Shown: piece after piece, positions 57,118 to 64,000 of the stretch | Layout: every line of letters starts with the position of its first letter | Position numbering within the stretch: position 1 is the stretch's first letter | Source: an uncultured Bacteroidota bacterium | GTDB taxonomy: Bacteria; Bacteroidota; Bacteroidia; Chitinophagales; Chitinophagaceae | Assembly: GCA_903854725.1 (NCBI GenBank) | Contig: CAINWZ010000144.1 | Coordinates: 1,212-65,211 of the forward strand | DNA length: 64,000 nucleotides | Reading direction: 5' to 3' | Notes under the pieces: model-generated | Told to the model about the DNA's origin: nothing | Databases searched by the model: none | Seen by the model: the letters and a program-made list of their open reading frames with translations, nothing else | Position numbers and translations under genes: made by a program

Positions 57118-58533
57118 ATGAGGAAATTTTCTTTATTGAAATATATGGCCATTGTCATTTGGGCTAGCTCCGCTTTATTACAATTAGAAGGCTGTGCGAA
57201 TATTGTACCTCCAAGTGGTGGACCTAGAGATAGTTTACCTCCTTACTTAATCGCAGCCAGGCCAATTGATTCAGCCTTAAATGTTCATCCTAAAGAAATA
57301 CTAGTTGGCTTTAATGAATACATCACAACAAGCTCCATACAAGAAAATTTAATTGTATCTCCCACTTTAAAAAACATACCCCTCATAGATGCACGTTTAA
57401 ATAGTATACGCATTAGAATATCCGACACCTTACTGGATAATACCACTTATAGTTTACAATTTGGGAATGCCATCAAAGATGTAAACGAAGGCAATATTAT
57501 TAAAAATTTCACCTACGTTTTTAGTACAGGAGGTCAACTAGATACTGGAAAATTAACGGGCAAAGTTTTATTGGCTGAAAATGGTAGAATAGATAGCACC
57601 TTAATTGTGGTACTACATCCTTCCCAAAAAGATTCTGCCATTTTTAAAGAACGTCCCAACTATTATACAAAGCTCAATGGAAAAGGAGTATTTAGTTTTA
57701 ATTTCCTACCTAAAGAGCAATACAATTTATTTGTACTACCTAACGACTATACAAAAAAGTATGACGATAGCACCAAACTATTTGCTTTTTTAGATAGTAG
57801 TATTTTAATTGGAAAAAGTAAGGATTCTATTCAATTATTCGCCTTTCAAGGAGCCAAAAAAGCAGACAAAAGAAAATCGGTTACCACTAGTAAGCTACCG
57901 AAAAAAACAGGTGCCATTTTAAAATACACAAAAGATTTTGATGGAAGCGAACAAGACTTATTACATCCATTACATTTAACATTTGAAACGCCTATACATT
58001 TTAATGATAGCTTCCCCATAGCCTTAAGCGATACCTTTAATAACAAGTTAGCCGGCGCTAGCATTCAAATTGACAGCGTACACCCTGAAACCATTGTTGT
58101 GTCATATCCTTGGAAAGCTACTACTAAATTTCATTTAATTATTCCACAAGCATCAATCAAGGATTCTTTACAAAATTTTTTAATAAAATCTGATACCCTA
58201 AAATTTATTACGAAAACAGAATATGCTTATAATAGTTGCACCATTCGTATGAGTGGTTATGAAAATTTGACACATCCCATTTTACAATTAACACAAGACG
58301 ATAAAGTTAAATTTAGCTATCCTATTACTTCTAGCTTATTAAGTATTCCAAGACTGCCGCTAGGCGAGTATTCCCTTAAACTTTTATTGGACAATAATAA
58401 TAACGGCAAATGGGATACCGGATCTTTTTATGGCAAACAAAAACAACAACCTGAAATTGTAAAATGGCTACCTATTCCACTAAATATAAAGGCCAACTGG
58501 GAGAATGAACTTAATTTGATTTTAAATAAGTAA
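57118..58533 (+). CDS. Ig-like (Big_5) domain lipoprotein
   Basis: Lipobox LEGC then ANIVPPSGGPRD, TTYSLQFGNAIKD and DNNNNGKWDTG; typically adjacent to recR in Bacteroidota. Confidence 0.75.
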   Translation: MRKFSLLKYMAIVIWASSALLQLEGCANIVPPSGGPRDSLPPYLIAARPIDSALNVHPKEILVGFNEYITTSSIQENLIVSPTLKNIPLIDARLNSIRIRISDTLLDNTTYSLQFGNAIKDVNEGNIIKNFTYVFSTGGQLDTGKLTGKVLLAENGRIDSTLIVVLHPSQKDSAIFKERPNYYTKLNGKGVFSFNFLPKEQYNLFVLPNDYTKKYDDSTKLFAFLDSSILIGKSKDSIQLFAFQGAKKADKRKSVTTSKLPKKTGAILKYTKDFDGSEQDLLHPLHLTFETPIHFNDSFPIALSDTFNNKLAGASIQIDSVHPETIVVSYPWKATTKFHLIIPQASIKDSLQNFLIKSDTLKFITKTEYAYNSCTIRMSGYENLTHPILQLTQDDKVKFSYPITSSLLSIPRLPLGEYSLKLLLDNNNNGKWDTGSFYGKQKQQPEIVKWLPIPLNIKANWENELNLILNK

Positions 58534-58554
58534 TTTTACACCTACTTAATCGAC

Positions 58555-59169
58555 ATGCAATTACCTTCTACTTTATTAGAAAATGCGGTGGCAGAATTTG
58601 CCAAGCTTCCAGGCATTGGTAAAAAAACTGCTTTGCGATTGGTTTTACATTTATTAAAACAGGAGCAGGAGGTTACCAATCATTTTAGCGAGGCTTTAAA
58701 AAAAATGCGCAAGGAAATTCAATTCTGTCAAAAGTGTTATAATATTAGTGATGGCAGCATTTGTTCTATTTGCGCTAATTCAGGCAGACAGAAAAACACG
58801 ATTTGTGTAGTAGAGAATATTAGAGACGTTATTGCCATTGAAAATACACAACAGTTTAATGGTACATATCATGTATTAGGCGGCATCATCTCCCCATTGG
58901 ATGGAATTGGCCCAGAACAACTAACCATTGAACCCTTGATTGAAAGAGTTAAGAAAGATAAAGTAACAGAATTGGTCTTTGCCCTCAATCCAAATATTCA
59001 AGGCGATACCACCATTTATTATATTCAAAAAAAGCTGGGCCCAAGCAGCTGTATGATTACTACCATCGCAAGAGGTATTGCTTTTGGAGGCGAATTAGAA
59101 TATGCCGATGAAATGACCCTTGGCAAAAGTATTTCCAACAGACAACCTATTCAGCAGTACATAAAATAG
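58555..59169 (+). CDS. recR: Recombination mediator RecR
   Basis: LPGIGKKTALRL, C4 zinc finger CQKC...CSIC, YHVLGGIISP Toprim, GGELEYAD. Confidence 0.97.
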   Translation: MQLPSTLLENAVAEFAKLPGIGKKTALRLVLHLLKQEQEVTNHFSEALKKMRKEIQFCQKCYNISDGSICSICANSGRQKNTICVVENIRDVIAIENTQQFNGTYHVLGGIISPLDGIGPEQLTIEPLIERVKKDKVTELVFALNPNIQGDTTIYYIQKKLGPSSCMITTIARGIAFGGELEYADEMTLGKSISNRQPIQQYIK

Positions 59170-59215
59170 GATAAATACATCGAATGTAGTAGTTTTGATG
59201 TTTAAACATTGACAA

Positions 59216-59749
59216 ATGAATCGCCTTTTACTTTTATTATTACTATGTAGCCTAGGCAACAGCCTATGGGCACAAAAAAATTACAGTACTAAAAATGCAA
59301 TCGTACATTTTATTGCAGCTGATGATAAAGATATTGACGCCGTGAATAAAGAAGTAGTAAGTCGTCTACAATCCAATGGTGATTTGAGTTTCATTATGCT
59401 CATGAAAGATTTCACCTTTGATATGTCAGACATGCAAAAGCATTTTAATGAAGAATATGTAGAAAGTGAAAAATTTCCACGCGCCTTTTTTAATGGCCAA
59501 ATTGCCAATTTTAAAAGCGTCAATTTCGCAAAAGATGGCAGGTATCCTATTACCGTTTCAGGCACTATGCAAGTGCATGGGGTAAATAAAGCCATACAAA
59601 CTACAGGTATAATAGAGATTAAAGACGGGATACCTACCGCCTCAGCAACCTTTGTGGTGACCCTTAAAGATTTTAAAATTGGGGGTATCTTGATAAAACT
59701 TGTAGCTGATAAAATTAATATTGATATTAAGGCCGCCTACCTCCCTTAA
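59216..59749 (+). CDS. YceI-family protein
   Basis: Signal peptide, HFNEEYVESEKFP.A.F.G, GTMQVHGV. Confidence 0.85.
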   Translation: MNRLLLLLLLCSLGNSLWAQKNYSTKNAIVHFIAADDKDIDAVNKEVVSRLQSNGDLSFIMLMKDFTFDMSDMQKHFNEEYVESEKFPRAFFNGQIANFKSVNFAKDGRYPITVSGTMQVHGVNKAIQTTGIIEIKDGIPTASATFVVTLKDFKIGGILIKLVADKINIDIKAAYLP

Positions 59750-59799
59750 GAGGCTTCTTTATAAAAACTGCAATATTTGGCTACAAAGCAATAGTGTAT

Positions 59800-59807
59800 T
59801 ACCTTTG
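59800..59807 (+). promoter_or_regulatory. -7 box TACCTTTG for the metH leader
   Basis: TAnnTTTG match 9 nt before the riboswitch P1 stem. Confidence 0.75.
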
Positions 59808-59816
59808 CACCGCATT

Positions 59817-59877
59817 GCAGGCGGATTTGTTTATTGTTCAACCTGCCTTCCGAAAGGAAAAAAAAGAACTAATAAAC
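59817..59877 (+). ncRNA. Probable SAM-II-class riboswitch (long-loop variant)
   Basis: H-type pseudoknot: P1 GCAGG/CCUGC, L1 GAUUU, P2 GUUUAUU-GUUC pairing with GAAC-U-AAUAAAC around a bulged U, and a UUCC-GAAA-GGAA hairpin in L3; located in the metH 5' UTR. Confidence 0.75.
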
Positions 59878-59959
59878 GATACTATTACACCTCCCCCACT
59901 TACAAATAGTATTATTAGTTGCTCTATTTTCTTTTGGATACATGCATAAAAAAATATTT

Positions 59960-60973
59960 ATGTCAATTCAAGAGACACTCAAAAAAAGAATTTTGGTTAT
60001 TGATGGTGCCATGGGTACCATGATTCAGCGCCATAAATTAACGGAAGCAGATTATCGCGGAACCCGTTTTGCCAACTGGCCATCGGATCTTAAAGGGAAT
60101 AACGACTTATTGTGTATTACCCAACCTGCCATCATCAGTGGTATTCATTTACAATATTTAGAAGCGGGTGCAGATATTATTGAAACCAATACATTCAGTA
60201 GTACCTCTATTGCCATGGCCGATTACGACATGCAAGCGCTAGCCTATGAATTAAATGTTGCAGCTGCAAAATGTGTGCAAGAAGCTATTCGACAATACAA
60301 ATCAAAACATCCACGCGCCACTGAAAAATATATTGCAGGTTCTATCGGACCACTTAATAAAACATTAAGCTTATCGCCTGATGTAAACAATCCAGGTTTT
60401 CGTGCAGTAACTTTTGATGAAGTAGTAGTCGCATATACTGAACAAATTCGTGGCTTAGTGGATGGAGGTGTGGATGTTATCTTAATTGAAACCATTTTTG
60501 ATACTTTAAATGCGAAGGCTGCCATTTTTGCGGTGAAAGAATTTTTTAGAAAAGCAGGAAAGCCTGAATTACCCATGATGATAAGTGGTACTATTACCGA
60601 TGCATCAGGTCGTACATTAAGCGGTCAAACCTTAGAAGCATTTTATACTTCAATTGCACATGCCAAACCATTAAGTGTTGGTTTAAACTGTGCTTTAGGT
60701 GCGCAAGAAATGAGAAGTCATATCGAAGAATTATCACAAATAGCTACTTGTTATACATCGGCTTATCCCAATGCGGGCTTACCCAATGCAATGGGAGAAT
60801 ATGACGAAGAACCTCATCAAACAGCGCACTTTATTGAAGAGTGGGCTAACAATAAATTTGTAAATATTGTAGGTGGCTGTTGCGGAACCACTCCTGATCA
60901 CATTAAACATATGGCAGACAATGTAAAAAATATTACGCCAAGATCTCTTCCTATTCAAGACCCAACTATTTAA
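59960..60973 (+). CDS. metH: Methionine synthase, homocysteine-binding half (split metH)
   Basis: [44 protein letters not shown]. Start placed at MSIQ (59960). Confidence 0.95.
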   Translation: MSIQETLKKRILVIDGAMGTMIQRHKLTEADYRGTRFANWPSDLKGNNDLLCITQPAIISGIHLQYLEAGADIIETNTFSSTSIAMADYDMQALAYELNVAAAKCVQEAIRQYKSKHPRATEKYIAGSIGPLNKTLSLSPDVNNPGFRAVTFDEVVVAYTEQIRGLVDGGVDVILIETIFDTLNAKAAIFAVKEFFRKAGKPELPMMISGTITDASGRTLSGQTLEAFYTSIAHAKPLSVGLNCALGAQEMRSHIEELSQIATCYTSAYPNAGLPNAMGEYDEEPHQTAHFIEEWANNKFVNIVGGCCGTTPDHIKHMADNVKNITPRSLPIQDPTI

Positions 60974-60976
60974 CTT

Positions 60977-63688
60977 ATGAGCGAAGAAATAATACATATA
61001 AAACCTTTTTTAAGATTAGCAGGACTAGAACCATTAGTGATTCGTCCCGAAACTAATTTTGTAAACGTTGGTGAGAGAACAAACGTAACAGGTTCTAAAA
61101 AATTTGCAAGACTTATTAAGGAAAATAAATACGAAGAAGCTTTATCTGTAGCACGTAACCAAGTAGAAAGTGGTGCACAAATTATTGATGTGAATATGGA
61201 TGATGCCTTATTAGAAGGTGTTTTAGCAATGACTACTTTTTTAAATTTAATACAGAGCGAACCCGATATTGCCAAGATTCCTATCATGATTGATAGTTCT
61301 AAATTTGAAATTATTGAAGCGGGATTGAAATGTGTACAAGGAAAGTGTATCGTGAATTCCATTTCGATGAAAGAGGGAGAAGCTAAATTTATTGAACAAG
61401 CACATATATGTAAAGCCTACGGAGCAGCTGTCATTATAATGGCATTTGATGAAAAAGGTCAAGCCGACACCAAGGATCGTAAAATTGAAATTTGCGACCG
61501 TGCTTATAAAATTTTAGTAGACCAGGTAGGATTTGATCCACAAGATATTATTTTCGACCCCAATATTTTTGCAGTCGCTACCGGTATTGAAGAGCATAAT
61601 AATTACGCAGTAGATTTTATTGAAGCTACTCGTGTGATCAAACAAAAAATGCCTTTAGCAAAAGTAAGTGGTGGTGTCTCAAACGTTTCCTTCTCCTTTA
61701 GAGGAAATGATGCAGTGCGTGAAGCCATCCATGCAGTATTCTTGTTCCATGCAATTAAAGCTGGTATGGATATGGGTATTGTTAATGCAGGTCAGTTAGA
61801 GGTATATGATGAAATTGAACCTACATTAAGAAATTTATGTGAAGATGTTATTTTAAATAGAAACAACGATAACAATGAAGCTACAGAAGCTTTAATACAA
61901 TATGCAGATACCGTAAAAGCAAAAGGAAAAGTTGAAGTTAAAAGTGCAGCTTGGAGAGAAGGTACTGTAGAAGAAAGACTAGCACACTCTTTAATTAATG
62001 GTATTACCGATTTCATTGATGCCGATACAGAAGAAGCAAGATTAAAATACAGCGAACCCTTAGAAGTTATTGAAGGACCGCTGATGGCGGGCATGAATCA
62101 AGTGGGTGATTTATTTGGATCGGGTAAAATGTTTTTACCACAGGTGGTTAAAAGCGCACGTGTGATGAAAAAAAGCGTGGCTGTTTTGACGCCCTTTATT
62201 GAAGCAGAAAAAGAAAGAAAAAAATTAGCTTCCATTAATCCAAATAGTGCAAGCAAGGGTCCAGCAAAAATATTATTAGCTACCGTAAAAGGAGATGTAC
62301 ATGATATTGGAAAAAATATTGTAGGTGTAGTATTAGGATGTAATGGCTATGAAATTATTGATTTAGGGGTGATGGTTGCTGCAGATAAAATTTTAGCAGA
62401 AGCACAAAAACAAGAAGTGGACATTATTGGATTGAGTGGATTAATCACTCCTTCATTAGACGAGATGGTTTATATCGCCAAAGAAATGAAAAGAAGAGGA
62501 ATGAATATTCCTTTGATGATTGGCGGTGCCACTACATCACGTATGCACACGGCAGTAAAAATTGCACCCGAATATGGTGAGGGAGTTATACATGTACTAG
62601 ATGCCTCAAGAAGTGTAACGGTTGCAGGCTCCTTATTAAACAAAGATCAAAAAGCGCCCTTTTTATTAGAATTAGAAAAATCATACGTTTCACTTAAGTC
62701 AGATTTTGACAATAAAAAAACAACCAAACAATCGCTTTCTTATCCAGAAGCACTAAAAAATAAAGCAGTAATTGATTGGACAAATTTTTCAGTCACTGCC
62801 CCAAGTTTTACAGGCAACAAAGCCATTGAAATTACCAACTTAGCTGAACTTACACCATACATAGATTGGAAACCATTCTTCATTGCTTGGGAATTACATG
62901 GAAACTTTCCAGACATTTTAACGGATGAAAAAGTGGGAGAAGTAGCCACTAAATTATATGCAGATGCACAGAAGTTATTAGCGCAAATCATTAAAGAAAA
63001 ATGGCTAACCGCTAAAGGAGCTATCGGATTTTGGCCAGCAAGTGCCAACAATGATGATGTAATCGTTGACAATGAAAAAGAAAAAGTAAGGTTACATTTT
63101 TTAAGACAACAAGCTAAAAAAACAGCGGGTCAACCGAATTATTCTTTAGCTGATTTTATTTGCCCTGCTACAGAAAATAAAAAAGATTTTATCGGCGCCT
63201 TTGCAGTTACTATTCATGGTATTGAAAAACATATCAAAGCCTTTGAAGAAAATTTAGATGATTATAATAAAATTATCTTGCAAGCCTTAGCCGATAGATT
63301 AGCAGAGGCCTTCGCCGAATATTTGCATGCTAAAACTAGAAAAGAATTTTGGGGATATACCGCAGATGAAGCACTCAGCAATGAATCATTGATTAGTGAG
63401 CAGTACGTTGGCATTCGACCTGCTCCAGGTTATCCGGCTTGTCCAGACCATACCGAAAAATATACCTTGTTTAATTTATTAGACGCTGAAAAAAATACAG
63501 GCATTAGTTTAACAGAAAGCTTAGCAATGTATCCAGCCTCTAGTGTTTGTGGTTGGTATTTTGCAAACCCACAAAGTCAATACTTTGGATTAGGTAAGAT
63601 ACAGCAAGATCAAGTAATTGACTATGCAAATAGAAAAGACAAACCATTGGAATATATTACAAGATGGTTGCAGCCAGTGATTGACTAA
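60977..63688 (+). CDS. metH: Methionine synthase, pterin/cobalamin/activation half
   Basis: [43 protein letters not shown] (B12 His), [14 protein letters not shown]. Confidence 0.97.
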   Translation: MSEEIIHIKPFLRLAGLEPLVIRPETNFVNVGERTNVTGSKKFARLIKENKYEEALSVARNQVESGAQIIDVNMDDALLEGVLAMTTFLNLIQSEPDIAKIPIMIDSSKFEIIEAGLKCVQGKCIVNSISMKEGEAKFIEQAHICKAYGAAVIIMAFDEKGQADTKDRKIEICDRAYKILVDQVGFDPQDIIFDPNIFAVATGIEEHNNYAVDFIEATRVIKQKMPLAKVSGGVSNVSFSFRGNDAVREAIHAVFLFHAIKAGMDMGIVNAGQLEVYDEIEPTLRNLCEDVILNRNNDNNEATEALIQYADTVKAKGKVEVKSAAWREGTVEERLAHSLINGITDFIDADTEEARLKYSEPLEVIEGPLMAGMNQVGDLFGSGKMFLPQVVKSARVMKKSVAVLTPFIEAEKERKKLASINPNSASKGPAKILLATVKGDVHDIGKNIVGVVLGCNGYEIIDLGVMVAADKILAEAQKQEVDIIGLSGLITPSLDEMVYIAKEMKRRGMNIPLMIGGATTSRMHTAVKIAPEYGEGVIHVLDASRSVTVAGSLLNKDQKAPFLLELEKSYVSLKSDFDNKKTTKQSLSYPEALKNKAVIDWTNFSVTAPSFTGNKAIEITNLAELTPYIDWKPFFIAWELHGNFPDILTDEKVGEVATKLYADAQKLLAQIIKEKWLTAKGAIGFWPASANNDDVIVDNEKEKVRLHFLRQQAKKTAGQPNYSLADFICPATENKKDFIGAFAVTIHGIEKHIKAFEENLDDYNKIILQALADRLAEAFAEYLHAKTRKEFWGYTADEALSNESLISEQYVGIRPAPGYPACPDHTEKYTLFNLLDAEKNTGISLTESLAMYPASSVCGWYFANPQSQYFGLGKIQQDQVIDYANRKDKPLEYITRWLQPVID

Positions 63689-63727
63689 TGAAACTTTAAA
63701 GAATTATACTTTATTAAATATTGATCG

Positions 63728-63762
63728 AAAAAAAGGAACCTAGCAATAAGTTCCTTTTTTTT
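63728..63762. terminator. Bidirectional intrinsic terminator
   Basis: A8-GGAAC-CTAGCAATAA-GTTCC-T7 between convergent genes. Confidence 0.85.
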
Positions 63763-63764
63763 AT

Positions 63765-63998
63765 TTAATTTTTTTCAAACAACCACCACAAACGCTTGCG
63801 GGGTTTCACCACATAATTTTTACGAACATACTTACTAATATGCTCCATGGCTTCGTCCACGCTATCGGTGAATAACATGAATTTTTTATCTTCTGGCGAA
63901 ATCGTGCCTTGCTCAATCATATGATCCATCCAATGGTTAAAAGGTTCATAATATTCTTTACCCATGACTACAATAGGAAAATCATTAATGACTTTGGT
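63765..63998 (-). CDS. LOG-family (TIGR00730) protein, 3' end only
   Basis: Frame is open from the window edge: TKVINDFPIVVMGKEYY...GTISPED..FM.FTDSVDEA. Confidence 0.75.
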   Translation of the reverse strand, partial: TKVINDFPIVVMGKEYYEPFNHWMDHMIEQGTISPEDKKFMLFTDSVDEAMEHISKYVRKNYVVKPRKRLWWLFEKN

Positions 63999-64000
63999 TT

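Noticed and set aside
59810-59940. SAM-I or cobalamin riboswitch before metH
   Set aside because: No SAM-I AUC..AGAG/kink-turn core, no B12 box, and too short; the SAM-II pseudoknot explains the sequence.
85-63072. Dozens of 60-160 aa ORFs lying antisense to or overlapping the long genes (e.g. 2517-2987, 7475-7831, 32874-33356, 60970-61362)
   Set aside because: They are shadows of well-supported CDSs, with no recognisable motifs or promoter context; expected from codon bias.
59960-63688. metH as a nonsense pseudogene
   Set aside because: The break falls at a domain boundary, the second half has its own ATG, and all catalytic motifs are intact; natural splits are known.
1-64000. CRISPR arrays, tRNA/rRNA, IS elements, prophage or defence islands
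   Set aside because: No regularly spaced repeats, cloverleaf or rRNA signatures, or transposase/integrase motifs were seen. The SNF2 and UvrD-nuclease genes sit in housekeeping context, not in a defence cluster.

Overview
A gene-dense, AT-rich stretch of core chromosome from a Bacteroidota genome. The protein families, porZ and TAnnTTTG promoter boxes point to Chitinophagaceae, probably a compact Sediminibacterium-like lineage (inference). I see no rRNA, tRNA, CRISPR array, transposase, integrase or prophage gene. The window holds about 55 CDSs, including gatB (partial), a kdnA-like aminotransferase-rpoN-membrane-MMPL operon, a GH3/serine-hydrolase fusion with porZ, tsaB, ispG, an 8-gene arginine operon, a SWIM-SNF2 helicase, gcvT and gcvH, padR-pspC, an M16 peptidase pair, mqnC, an ECF sigma/anti-sigma/beta-barrel trio, serS, kup, a UvrD-nuclease fusion, recR and a split metH. 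The most interesting signals are non-coding or degenerate. (1) An Arg-codon leader peptide with mutually exclusive hairpins precedes the arg operon, a candidate undescribed arginine attenuator. (2) A SAM-II-type pseudoknot riboswitch with an inserted GNRA hairpin and a competing long stem precedes metH. (3) A class D beta-lactamase-like lipoprotein has lost all three catalytic motifs but stays in frame. (4) An orphan KdnA-like Kdo8N transaminase heads the rpoN operon. (5) An ECF system has a clear autoregulatory promoter and an anti-sigma/beta-barrel pair sharing short beta motifs. (6) A Cys-less ArsR sits with a Cys-less tandem rhodanese. (7) A perfect 15-bp-arm palindrome overlaps the padR promoter. 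(8) Two subunit pairs (metH, M16) are split in frame by TAA-NNN-ATG. All family calls come from motif recognition and recalled family sequences; no database search was run.
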